This document shows, piece by piece, positions 44,210-53,149 of a stretch of DNA of 64,000 bases. The stretch is taken from assembly GCA_035693125.1 (NCBI GenBank), contig DASSHB010000072.1:37922-101921 (forward strand), read 5' to 3'. Below the pieces are notes generated by a model. The model made no database searches and had not been told where the DNA came from. It saw only the letters and a program-made list of their open reading frames with translations. The stretch is from Candidatus Limnocylindrales bacterium (GTDB taxonomy: Bacteria > Chloroflexota > Limnocylindria > Limnocylindrales > CSP1-4). Numbering within the stretch: position 1 is the stretch's first letter; every line of letters starts with the position of its first letter. Position numbers and translations under genes: made by a program.

Positions 44210-45595
44210 TCAGTCGCGCCAGACTGGGCTCGTCAACGCGACCACGCCACCATCGGCCGCGACGAGCTGCGCTCGCACGTACGCCGTCTCACCCGGCCAT
44301 CGGAACGCCTCGGACCAGCGGGCCGAGTTGACGCTCGCGGCCGCGACGACGCCGTCCGCGCCCACGAGGAGGAGCGCGCTGCCATCCCCGTCGACGGCGC
44401 TGACCCGCAGCCCGTCTTCGGAGCGATCGAGGTAGAGCTGCGGCCCGGCGGGGGAGGCCGAGACGAACGTCCGCCCGCGCCGGATCGCCCCGAGGATCGT
44501 TGCCGGGCTCGGGTCCGGCCCGGCCTCGACCCAGGTCGTCGGCGTGCCCGGGAAGGGTGCGTGACGGGGATCGGCGTCCTCTCCGCGCAGGATGTGGGTG
44601 TCGCTCCCCCCGACGGCCGCCAGCCGCTGACCGGCACGCAGTCGCTCGTCGAATGTCGCCAGGGAGACGACGTTGAGTCCGCCCCACGCACCGTTCCAGA
44701 CCTCGATCGCGTGGGCCGGACCCACCGAGTTGTAGGTCCACGGCGGGCCGTACGGCTTCGGATGGTTCACGCTGACCGTGGCGCCGTGCTCGACCGCGGC
44801 CGCCATCGCGCGCTCGACCGCGGCCCTCGTGGGCTCCCGGAACTCCCACCAGCGGTCGGTGCCCCAGGCATTCCAGTGGCCGCCGTACGTGGTGACCTCG
44901 ACGCCCGGGACGACGATCGGGAGGCCGCCCCCGCCCGGGCCGTACGCGGCGTGGTGAGCGACGTTGTTGTGGTCGGTGACGCCGAGGAACTCGAGACCGG
45001 CCTCGGCCGCCGCATGGAGCATCTCCGACGGCCAGGAGTCGCCGTCGGAGTAGCGCGTGTGGCAGTGCAGGTCGCCGCGGAGCCAGCCGGGGCGGGCGGG
45101 CGGGAGCGACGGCCGCACGGGAGCCGCCGTCCGAACGAGGTCCTGGGCCGGCGCAGACCGCCCGGGATCCAGGCGGATCTCGACCCGGTAGTCGCAGCCG
45201 CGCGGACCGACCTTGTACGGCCCCAGGAGGACGTTCCAGGTGCCGGCCGGAATCGGTCCAGCCGAGTACGGCGGCGTGGCCCACGACTCGCCGACCACGA
45301 ACCCGTCCTTGTGGCTCCCGCTCCAGCCGCGGAAGCCGGGGCTGCCCGTCTCCGTGCCGCGCGGATCGAACAGCCCGATGTCGAGCGTGTTGCCGTCGCC
45401 GACCCGCGGATCGGAGTCGATCCGATCGCTGTACGTGTACGCGACCTCGAGCTGGTGGACGCCGGCGGGCACCTCGAACGGGACCAGGACGTAGCGCATC
45501 TGGTCGGCCGCGCCGAACGATCCTTCGAGGACGATGTCGGGGCCATCTGCGCCGGAGGCCTGGCCGGGGCCGGGGCTGGCGGCAGGGCCGCCCAT
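44210..45595 (-). CDS. PHP-domain (CehA/McbA-type) metallohydrolase with N-terminal beta-rich domain
   Basis: This is the last 461 codons of track ORF 44210..47413. ATG 45595 overlaps the upstream stop (ATGA). PHP motif LRGDLHCHTRYSDGDSWPSEMLHAAAEAGLEFLGVTDHN, plus later GGSDTH. Confidence 0.75.
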   Translation of the reverse strand: MGGPAASPGPGQASGADGPDIVLEGSFGAADQMRYVLVPFEVPAGVHQLEVAYTYSDRIDSDPRVGDGNTLDIGLFDPRGTETGSPGFRGWSGSHKDGFVVGESWATPPYSAGPIPAGTWNVLLGPYKVGPRGCDYRVEIRLDPGRSAPAQDLVRTAAPVRPSLPPARPGWLRGDLHCHTRYSDGDSWPSEMLHAAAEAGLEFLGVTDHNNVAHHAAYGPGGGGLPIVVPGVEVTTYGGHWNAWGTDRWWEFREPTRAAVERAMAAAVEHGATVSVNHPKPYGPPWTYNSVGPAHAIEVWNGAWGGLNVVSLATFDERLRAGQRLAAVGGSDTHILRGEDADPRHAPFPGTPTTWVEAGPDPSPATILGAIRRGRTFVSASPAGPQLYLDRSEDGLRVSAVDGDGSALLLVGADGVVAAASVNSARWSEAFRWPGETAYVRAQLVAADGGVVALTSPVWRD

Positions 45596-46662
45596 CAGAG
45601 CGCGGCGCCGGTCGCCCGATCGAAGAGGCGGACCGCCGACGGCTTGACGCTGAGCGCCACCTGGCTGCCCGGCGCCGGGCGGACGTCCGGCGCGGTCCGG
45701 ATCTTGACCGATGCGTCGCCCAGGCGGACGTCGACGATGACCTCGCTGCCGAACGGCTCGACCGTGATCACCTCCGCGAGCGTGGCCCCCGGCTGGTCGT
45801 TCGCCACGATGTCGATCCCCTCCGGCCGGAGGCCAACGATCGTCTCCGGATGGGACGTGGTCGTCCCGCTCGGAACGGGCAATCGCCAGCCGCCATCCGT
45901 GACGGCGGTGTCGCCGGTGGTCGTCGCCGGCATGAGGTTCATCGGCGGGCTGCCGATGAACTCGGCGACGAAGACGTTCGCCGGCCGGTCGTAGACATCG
46001 TCCGGCGTGCCGATCTGCTGGAGCTCGCCGGCGTTCAGGACGGCGATCCGGTTGGCCAGGCTCATCGCCTCGGCCTGATCGTGGGTTACGAAGATCATCG
46101 TCGTCCCGAGCTCGCGCTGGAGGGCCTTGAGCTCGGTCCGGGTGTGGACGCGCAGCTTCGCGTCGAGGTTGGACAGGGGCTCGTCCATGAGGAACACGCG
46201 CGGCTCGCGGACGATCGCCCGGGCCAGCGCGACCCGCTGCTGCTCGCCGCCGGACAGTTGGGCCGGCCGGCGGGGGAGGAGGTGGCCGATCCCGAGCATC
46301 TCGGCGACCCGCTCGACCCGCTTCGCCTGCTCCGCCTTCGACAGGTTCCGGACCTTGAGCGGGTAGCCGATGTTGTCGCGGGCGGACAGGTGCGGATAGA
46401 GCGCGTAGCTCTGGAAGACCAGCGCCACGTCGCGGTCCTTCGGCTCCAGGCCCACGACGCTCTTGCCGCCGATCCGGATGTCGCCGTCGTCGGGCTCCTC
46501 CAGGCCGGCCAGCATCCGCAGGGCCGTGGTCTTGCCGCAGCCCGACGGTCCCAGCAGGACGAGCAGCTCGCGATCGGGCACCTTCAGCGAGAGCCCATGG
46601 ACCGCTGCGGCCTGCTGCGGACCGAAGCGCTTCCAGACACGGTCGTATTCGACGTCCGCCAC
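45595..46662 (-). CDS. carbohydrate ABC transporter ATP-binding protein (MalK/UgpC/MsiK type)
   Basis: Walker A GPSGCGKTT, signature LSGGEQQRVALARA, Walker B VFLMDEPLSNLD, and a C-terminal regulatory (TOBE-like) domain. Confidence 0.9.
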   Translation of the reverse strand: MADVEYDRVWKRFGPQQAAAVHGLSLKVPDRELLVLLGPSGCGKTTALRMLAGLEEPDDGDIRIGGKSVVGLEPKDRDVALVFQSYALYPHLSARDNIGYPLKVRNLSKAEQAKRVERVAEMLGIGHLLPRRPAQLSGGEQQRVALARAIVREPRVFLMDEPLSNLDAKLRVHTRTELKALQRELGTTMIFVTHDQAEAMSLANRIAVLNAGELQQIGTPDDVYDRPANVFVAEFIGSPPMNLMPATTTGDTAVTDGGWRLPVPSGTTTSHPETIVGLRPEGIDIVANDQPGATLAEVITVEPFGSEVIVDVRLGDASVKIRTAPDVRPAPGSQVALSVKPSAVRLFDRATGAAL

Positions 46663-47562
46663 CTACAGGCCCCTCGTGCTGTTCATGAGCCCGCTGACCA
46701 TGAGCCGTCGCGCGGTGAAGAAGACGAGCATCACGGGCAGGAGATAGATGATGGCCATCGCCGCGATCACGCCGTACTGGACCTCCGTGTAGCCGCCCTG
46801 CGTGCGCATCGCCTGGTAGAACGCGAGCGGGACCGTCTTGAGGCTGTCCTGGTCGATGAGGATCACGACCATCAGGACCTCGGCCCAGGCGCTCAGGAAG
46901 GCGAGGCCCGCGGCAATCCCGAGGCCCGGCCGCGCGAGCGGGAGGACGATCTCCATGAGCGCCCGGAAGCGCGACCGGCCGTCGAGCCAGGCGGCTTCCT
47001 CGAGATGGCGCGGGATCGAGTCGAAGAAGCCCTTCATCAGCCAGATCAGGAAGGGCAGCTCGATCGCGGCGTGGATGAGGATCAGCCCCAGGTAGCTGTT
47101 GCGCAGCCCGAGCTGGCGGGCCAGGCCGTAGATCGGGACCATGGTCGCCGAGATCGGCATCGTCTGGAGGAGGAGGACCGCGTACGTGATCCAGTCCTTG
47201 CGGCGGAGCTCGATCCGGGACAGCGAGTAGCCGGCCAGCGCCACGGTGAAGACGACGAGGATCATCGTCGCGATCGCGACGAACAGGCTGTTCACGAGGA
47301 CCCGGCCGAAGTCGTACTCGGTGAAGATCTTCACGAAGTTGTCGAGGGTGGGATGGGCCGGGATCCCGACGTACGCGTTCGCCTTCGCATCGAACGCGGC
47401 GCTCAGCAGCCACAGGAACGGGACGAGGAAGAACGCGCTGATCACGAGGAAGACGAGGTGGACGGCGATCCGCTCGATCGGTCCGGCCTTCGCCTTCGCC
47501 CGCATCGGCGGCCCCTCGTCGGCCCGGGCGGCGAGCGCCTCGGGCGCGGTGATCGCCGTCAC
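46663..47562 (-). CDS. carbohydrate ABC transporter permease (MalG-like)
   Basis: The GTG at 47562 overlaps the upstream stop (GTGA). The EAA loop is EEAAWLDGRSRFRALMEIVLPLARPG. Confidence 0.85.
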   Translation of the reverse strand: MTAITAPEALAARADEGPPMRAKAKAGPIERIAVHLVFLVISAFFLVPFLWLLSAAFDAKANAYVGIPAHPTLDNFVKIFTEYDFGRVLVNSLFVAIATMILVVFTVALAGYSLSRIELRRKDWITYAVLLLQTMPISATMVPIYGLARQLGLRNSYLGLILIHAAIELPFLIWLMKGFFDSIPRHLEEAAWLDGRSRFRALMEIVLPLARPGLGIAAGLAFLSAWAEVLMVVILIDQDSLKTVPLAFYQAMRTQGGYTEVQYGVIAAMAIIYLLPVMLVFFTARRLMVSGLMNSTRGL

Positions 47563-48461
47563 GCTCGGGCCCTCGACCAGCGCAGGAAGACGATCGCGAA
47601 GGCGAGGTTCAGGGTCAGCATCACGACCGCGATCGTCGAGCCGTAGCCCACGGCGTGGTTCTGGAAGGCCTCGTGGTACGCGTACAGGGCGATGACCTCC
47701 GTCTGGAGCGCGGGCCCGCCGTTCGTCAGGGTCTGGATCAGGATGAACGTGCCGAACGTCGCGATCGTCACCGACAGGAGGGTCAGCGACGCGATCGGCC
47801 GGAGGAGGGGGAGGGTGTGGTCCCAGAACCGCCGGAAGGGGCCTGCGCCGTCGACCCGGGCCGCCTCGTAGATGTCGGTCGGGATCGTCCGCAGCGCGCC
47901 GAGGAAGATCAGCATCGTGAATGCCGTCCCGCGCCACGTGTTCGCGATGATGATCGCGAGCATCGGTCCCTGGCCGAGCCAGTTGACCGGTCCGCCGCCC
48001 AAGAGCCCCAGGCCGGTGTTCAGGGAGCCGTTGTAGAAGTCGAACATGGCGACCCACAGGAAGCCGGCGATGATCGTCGGGTTGACCCAGGCGAGGAGGG
48101 CCGATCCGTAGACCAGCCCCGACGCGACGAAGCCGCGTCGCTGGGCGTAGTCGAGCAGCAGGGCGAGCAGCAGACCCAGCACGAACTGGCCGATGATCGC
48201 CGAGCCGATCACGAAGACCACCGAGTTGAGGATCACCCGGCCGAACTCCGGATCGCTGAACAGCCGGGCGTAGTTGTCGAGCCCCACGAACCGCGGGTTG
48301 GCGGCGTCGATGCCGACCAGCGCGCGATTCGTGAAGCTCGAGGCGAGGGCCCAGATCGCGGGCCCCACGAAGAACAGCGCGAGCAGGAAGACGGCCGGGC
48401 TCAGACCCGCCAGGTAGAGCCGGTTCCGCCCGATCGCCCGCCGGCGCGCGCTGGCCGTCAC
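47559..48461 (-). CDS. carbohydrate ABC transporter permease (MalF-like)
   Basis: 300 aa. The EAA loop is YEAARVDGAGPFRRFWDHTLPLLRP. Confidence 0.85.
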   Translation of the reverse strand: MTASARRRAIGRNRLYLAGLSPAVFLLALFFVGPAIWALASSFTNRALVGIDAANPRFVGLDNYARLFSDPEFGRVILNSVVFVIGSAIIGQFVLGLLLALLLDYAQRRGFVASGLVYGSALLAWVNPTIIAGFLWVAMFDFYNGSLNTGLGLLGGGPVNWLGQGPMLAIIIANTWRGTAFTMLIFLGALRTIPTDIYEAARVDGAGPFRRFWDHTLPLLRPIASLTLLSVTIATFGTFILIQTLTNGGPALQTEVIALYAYHEAFQNHAVGYGSTIAVVMLTLNLAFAIVFLRWSRARA

Positions 48462-49858
48462 GACTGCGACGTGACCTTGTCGGCGCCGAGGGCCTGGGTC
48501 AGGTCATCGGTGTAGCGCTTCGCGCCGTCCTCGGGCGACAGCTCGCCGGCGGCGACCGAGGCGGTGACCTTCTGGATCGCCTCGATGACCTTCGAGTAGC
48601 CGGGGTCCGGCGGGACGAACTTCGCCTTCTCGAGCGCCGCGGTGGCGTCGAGGTTGTACTTGTTGGCCTTGAACTCAGCGACGTCGGCCGCGTCCTTGCG
48701 GGCGACCGGATGGGGATCCTCGGCATTGAGCTTGCCGACGATCTCCGCGGTGTTCATCGCCTTGATGAACTCCCACGCGCCCTGCTTGTTGGCGCTCCGC
48801 GAGCTGATGTACCAGCACGTGCCGGGACCACCGATCGTGAACGACGGGCCGCCGGTCTCGGTCGGGTGGAGGACGTAGCGGACGTTCTGCTCGGTCCCGG
48901 CCTTGTCGGCCGAGGCCCAGCCGCCGTACACCCAGCCACCCTCGAACAGAAGCGCGAGCTGGCCGTTGCCGAGCTTCTCGCGCATCGCCGTCCAGGGCTT
49001 CACCGCGGTGAGGATCTCCTGCGGGCTGAGGCCGTTGTACGCGTTCTTGTAGTAGGTCAGGACCTTGCGGGTGGCCGGGCTGTCGCCGATCCACTTGCCG
49101 CTGGCGTCCTGCAGCTCACCGCCGTAGGCCCAGAGCAGTGGCACGAAGGCGTGGTCCGCGGTCCCGCTCGAGCCGGCCGGACCCGCGTACAGGGCGTACG
49201 GGATGACGTTCGGCTCGTTCGCGTTCTTCACGGCGGTCGCCGCGTCGAGGATGCCCTGGACGTTGGCAGGCTGCCAGTCGGCCGGCAGGCCCGCCTTCTG
49301 GAGGTCGTCCGTGCGGTAGTAGAGCCAGCGCATGTCGAGCCCGTACGGGATCGCCCAGACGCTGCCCTTGTAGGTCACGCCGCTCTTCACGGCGTCCGGG
49401 TACTGGCTCCAGTCGGGCCACTGGCTGACGTAGTCATCGAGCGGCTCGATGTAGCTCGCCTCGGCCAGCTCGCCGATCGAGCTGCCGCCGATGTGGAACA
49501 CGTCGGGCCCGGTGCCGCTGTCGAGGGCCAGGAGCAGCTTCGTGTAGTAGTCGTCATCGCCGACCTTCTGGAGGTCGATCTTGACGTCGGCGCCGGAGAA
49601 CTGCGACTTCACGGCCGCCGCGGCCTGCTCGACGTACTTCGGCTTCAGGCCGGCTTCGTCGGGATAGGACACGTTGATCGTGCCGGTGACCCCACCACCG
49701 GACGTCGCGGGCCCGCCGCTACCGCCGGCCGGCGCGGTCGGCGAGCCGACGGCCGTTGGATTGCAGGCGGCGGCAACCGCGGTCACGGCCGTGAGCTGCA
49801 GGAACCGACGCCGGGTGATGATCGTGCGGACGAGCTCGTCCATCTGAACCTCCTCCAT
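48458..49858 (-). CDS. ABC transporter sugar-binding lipoprotein (family 1 SBP)
   Basis: 466 aa. Tat-like/lipobox N-terminus TRRRFLQLTAVTAVAAAC. A 4-nt overlap with the permease start. Confidence 0.85.
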   Translation of the reverse strand: MEEVQMDELVRTIITRRRFLQLTAVTAVAAACNPTAVGSPTAPAGGSGGPATSGGGVTGTINVSYPDEAGLKPKYVEQAAAAVKSQFSGADVKIDLQKVGDDDYYTKLLLALDSGTGPDVFHIGGSSIGELAEASYIEPLDDYVSQWPDWSQYPDAVKSGVTYKGSVWAIPYGLDMRWLYYRTDDLQKAGLPADWQPANVQGILDAATAVKNANEPNVIPYALYAGPAGSSGTADHAFVPLLWAYGGELQDASGKWIGDSPATRKVLTYYKNAYNGLSPQEILTAVKPWTAMREKLGNGQLALLFEGGWVYGGWASADKAGTEQNVRYVLHPTETGGPSFTIGGPGTCWYISSRSANKQGAWEFIKAMNTAEIVGKLNAEDPHPVARKDAADVAEFKANKYNLDATAALEKAKFVPPDPGYSKVIEAIQKVTASVAAGELSPEDGAKRYTDDLTQALGADKVTSQS

Positions 49859-49909
49859 GTGCTCGGGCCCAGTGGCCCCGGATGCATGCCGCGATGGGGT
49901 GTCAGCTCG

Positions 49910-50809
49910 TCATCCTCGAACCTCCCGCATCCAGCTCCGGGACACTCCACCGTGGTCGGCCTCGCCGAGGAACGCCGCCAGGCTCAGGCCCTTCTGGCGG
50001 GTTTCTCGTGCGGCCAACGAGTAGGCGCTGTAGGCCACCGCCGCGGCCAGGCTGTCGGCGAGCGGGCGGTCCGCGAGATCGGCCCACAACCAGGCGGCGG
50101 TGAACAGGTCGCCGGCTCCCACCGTGTCGCGGACGGAGACCGTGATGGCGGCGGCCTCATGGCAGGCGCCGGAGCGGTCCACCGCGACGACACCGGCCGC
50201 CCCGCGGGTCACGATCACGGGACAGCCGCGCGCAGCGAGCGCCCGAGCGGCGTCCACGGCGTTCGGGCGCTCGGTCAGCCCGATCGCCTCCCGCTCGTTC
50301 AGGATCACCGCGTGGAGGGGCGCCCAGGATTCCACGGGGCGTTCGCGCAGCACGGCGATCTGCGGGTCGCCCACGACGCCCACGAGGCGTGGGCCGCTGG
50401 GCAGTCCCGCCGGCAGCGGCAGGTTGACCACGATCGCGCGGGCGTCGGCGGCGGCGACCGCTGCGACGTCCACGCTGGGCTCCGGGAAATGCGTCACGAA
50501 CGCCCGGTCGCCATCCATCGGCAGCCCGACGGAGAGCGGCGTGGACGGGCTCGGCTCACCGAGCCACGGGATGCCCGCCTCGGCCATGAGGTCCTGGAGG
50601 AGCCGGCCCGCCGGATCGGTCCCGATCGGCGAGCAGACGACCGCCTCGCAACCCAGCTGGCGGAGCGCGAAGGCCACGTTCGCCATCGCGCCCGGCGTGA
50701 TCACGACCTCGTCGGCGAGGACCTCCTCGCCCGGGGTGGGCAGGCGCGGGAGACCGCGGAACACGAGATCCAGGAACGGCGGCCCGGCGCACACGACGTC
50801 GACGCTCAT
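49910..50809 (-). CDS. PfkB family carbohydrate kinase
   Basis: This is the last 299 codons of track ORF 49910..51910. ATG 50809 overlaps the upstream stop (ATGA). PfkB signature DTVGAGDLFTAAW. Confidence 0.8.
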   Translation of the reverse strand: MSVDVVCAGPPFLDLVFRGLPRLPTPGEEVLADEVVITPGAMANVAFALRQLGCEAVVCSPIGTDPAGRLLQDLMAEAGIPWLGEPSPSTPLSVGLPMDGDRAFVTHFPEPSVDVAAVAAADARAIVVNLPLPAGLPSGPRLVGVVGDPQIAVLRERPVESWAPLHAVILNEREAIGLTERPNAVDAARALAARGCPVIVTRGAAGVVAVDRSGACHEAAAITVSVRDTVGAGDLFTAAWLWADLADRPLADSLAAAVAYSAYSLAARETRQKGLSLAAFLGEADHGGVSRSWMREVRG

Positions 50810-52146
50810 CGGAGGCTCTCGGCGAGCCCGGGCTGCTCCCGCAGGTGCCGGTCGAGGATCCGCCCCGCGACGTCGACCGACGGCACGAGCGGATGGAGGG
50901 CCAGGGCCTGGACGGCCATCGCCCGCGAGTGGGACGACACGGCTTCGATGGCGGCGCGCTCCGCGGCGCGGACCGCGAGGATCCGGGCGGCCGCCGCCAT
51001 CGGCACCTCGCCGATCGCGATCGGCACGACGCCGCCCCGGGTCACGACGCAGGGGACCTCGACGACGGCCGATTCGTCGAGGAACGGCAGGCTGGAGCGA
51101 TTGGCGACGTTCAGGATCATCACCTGGGGCCGGTCGCCGTGGAGGGCGTCGATCAGGTCGAGCGAGAGCTGCCCGTAGCCGCCGGTCTCGCGCGCCGCGG
51201 CGACATCGTGGAGCTCGTCCTCGCGGCCGGTCCAGGCCTCCTCCATGTACCGGCCCTCGCGCTCCGAGAGCGCGGCTTCCCAGGAGGCGACGGCGGCGGC
51301 CGGTGCCTGCTCGTCCCGGTAGAAGCGCTCCTGCTGGTCCGACAGGAACTCGGCCCGGACCCGGCCGGCCTGCATCGCGCCGAGCGCCTCGTTCGCGAAG
51401 TCGTAGTAGTAGAGGTACTCGTTGGGGATCATGCCGACGGACTGGAGCCATTCCGCGCCGAACAGGCGGCCTTCCTCGATCGTCAGCAGGCGGCGACGGT
51501 CGGCGAGGAGCCCGGGGAGCAGGTCCTGGCCGTGGTCGAGCACCCCTCGCAGCCAGCCCAGGTGGTTGATCCCGAAGTAGTCGAACCAGAGATCGTCCGC
51601 GTCGCGGCCCAGGGCCGTCGCGACCCGCCGGCACAGGGCCAGCGGCGCATCGCAGATCCCGATCACGCGGTCGCCCAGGACGCGCCGAACCGCCTCGGTC
51701 ACGAGGCCCACGGGGTTCGTGAAGTTGACGAAGGTCGCGTTCGGCGCCCGGCGCGCGCTGATCTCCGCGATCTCCATCATCACCGGGAGGGTCCTGAGCG
51801 CGAAGGTGATCCCGCCGGCGCCCGCAGTCTCCTGGCCGATCGCGCCCTCGGCGAGCGCGGCGGTCTCGTCGACCAGGCGGCCGGCCAGGCCGCCGACCCG
51901 GACGGCGCAATGGATGACGTCCGCTCCGTCCAGGGCCTCGTCCAGATCGGTCGTCGTCGTGAACCGGATTCCGCCCCCGATCCGCTCGTCGAACCCGCGC
52001 AGGACGCTCGCGATGCGCTCCAGGCGCCCCGAATCGACGTCATACAATGCGAGCTCGTCGTAGCGGGTTCGCGTGGCGCCTTCGGCCAGGGCCCGGTAGA
52101 TCGCGGGGGTCCGGAAACCGCCTCCACCGAGCAATGCGAGCTTCAC
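50806..52146 (-). CDS. glycoside hydrolase family 4 (NAD+/Mn2+-dependent; 6-phospho-glycosidase-like)
   Basis: GTG 52146 (VKLALLGGGGFRTP Rossmann start). GH4 motifs are FVNFTNPVGLVTEA, VIGICDAP (Cys) and GINHLGWL (His). Confidence 0.8.
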   Translation of the reverse strand: MKLALLGGGGFRTPAIYRALAEGATRTRYDELALYDVDSGRLERIASVLRGFDERIGGGIRFTTTTDLDEALDGADVIHCAVRVGGLAGRLVDETAALAEGAIGQETAGAGGITFALRTLPVMMEIAEISARRAPNATFVNFTNPVGLVTEAVRRVLGDRVIGICDAPLALCRRVATALGRDADDLWFDYFGINHLGWLRGVLDHGQDLLPGLLADRRRLLTIEEGRLFGAEWLQSVGMIPNEYLYYYDFANEALGAMQAGRVRAEFLSDQQERFYRDEQAPAAAVASWEAALSEREGRYMEEAWTGREDELHDVAAARETGGYGQLSLDLIDALHGDRPQVMILNVANRSSLPFLDESAVVEVPCVVTRGGVVPIAIGEVPMAAAARILAVRAAERAAIEAVSSHSRAMAVQALALHPLVPSVDVAGRILDRHLREQPGLAESLR

Positions 52147-52154
52147 ACCGCGAG

Positions 52155-52172
52155 TGAACCAAGAATGAACCA
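52155..52172. promoter_or_regulatory. direct repeat TGAACCA-AGAA-TGAACCA in the GH4/GntR divergent gap
   Basis: Seen directly with 11-nt periodicity. The second copy overlaps the predicted GntR ATG (52165). Confidence 0.3.
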
Positions 52173-52989
52173 GCGCTGTCAACTCCCAACGGCGTCCGGC
52201 CGGCGAACCGACGCGCATGGGCTGGACCTGGCCTACGTCCGGCTGATCCGCCGGATCGAGGCCGACATCGCCACGGGACGGCTGACCGCAGGCGAGCGGC
52301 TGGCTCCGGAACGGGAGCTCGTCGAGCGCTGGGACGTCGCCCGGAACACGCTCCGCAAGGCGCTGACCGATCTGGCCGCCCGCGGTCTGATCGAGGCCCG
52401 CGAGCGACTCGGCTGGTACGTCAGCAGTCGGGGCGTGACGATCGAGACGATCAGCGGCCCGCAGGGGCTGACCGAATGGGCCGCACACCACGGGTTGGCG
52501 ATCACCTCGCGCGTCTGCGGCGCACGCGTTCGGCCGGCCAGCGAGGCAGAGGCCCGAGCGCTCCGGATCCCACTCCACAGTGACGTGTTCGAGCTCGAGC
52601 GGGTGCGGATCGTCGAGGGGTTGGCGCTGTCCCTGGACCTGTCGGTCCTGGTCGGGCGGTTGATCCCCTCGTTGACCGGGGTCGACTTCTCCGATCGATC
52701 GCTGTACCAGACGCTGCGGGCAACGGACGCGGTCGACCCGTCACGCGCCGAGTGCCTGCTGCTCGCCTCGCTGACGGATGAGCGGACGGCCGAGCTCCTG
52801 GGCATCCGAGCCGGTGACCCGATCCTCGACCTCACCGAGACCGTGTTCGACCAGTACGGCGATCCGTTCGAGTACGCCCGCCACTTCAACCGCGGCGACC
52901 GCTACGCGTTCCGGACGACGATCCTCGCCGGCGGCGTGTGGGAGGGTGCCGTGCCCGATCGCGAGGATGGTGCGGCGGCTCGCCGTTGA
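52165..52989 (+). CDS. GntR/HutC family transcriptional regulator (wHTH + UTRA domain)
   Basis: C-terminal 274 codons of track ORF 50845..52989: AGERLAPERELVERWDVARNTLRKALTDLAARGLIE, then a UTRA-like effector domain. The start is uncertain because the divergent gap is only 18 nt. Confidence 0.75.
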   Translation: MNQRCQLPTASGRRTDAHGLDLAYVRLIRRIEADIATGRLTAGERLAPERELVERWDVARNTLRKALTDLAARGLIEARERLGWYVSSRGVTIETISGPQGLTEWAAHHGLAITSRVCGARVRPASEAEARALRIPLHSDVFELERVRIVEGLALSLDLSVLVGRLIPSLTGVDFSDRSLYQTLRATDAVDPSRAECLLLASLTDERTAELLGIRAGDPILDLTETVFDQYGDPFEYARHFNRGDRYAFRTTILAGGVWEGAVPDREDGAAARR

Positions 52990-53023
52990 CGGCCGCCTAG
53001 CTGACGGCGGCGTAGCTGCTCGA

Positions 53024-53149
53024 ATGACCGGCTCCGCGGCGGACGACGAGGTCCAGGTCGTCGTCGCCATCCGCTGGCTGGCCGAGCACGGGTTCGATCC
53101 GTGGCCGGAGATCGCCGTCCTGGAGCGGGCCGCGGCTCAGGCCGGCTGA
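53024..53149 (+). CDS. possible 41-codon micro-ORF or gene remnant
   Basis: MTGSAADDEVQVVVAIRWLAEHGFDPWPEIAVLERAAAQAG. Nearly every third position is G/C, unlike the in-frame sequence just upstream. It overlaps the convergent stop at 53137. Confidence 0.25.
   Translation: MTGSAADDEVQVVVAIRWLAEHGFDPWPEIAVLERAAAQAG

Noticed and set aside
44210-47413. 1067-aa minus-strand ORF, suggesting one giant protein
   Set aside because: Only the last 461 codons (from ATG 45595) look like protein (PHP hydrolase). The upstream part runs out of frame through the ABC ATPase and permease genes, which have their own clear motifs.
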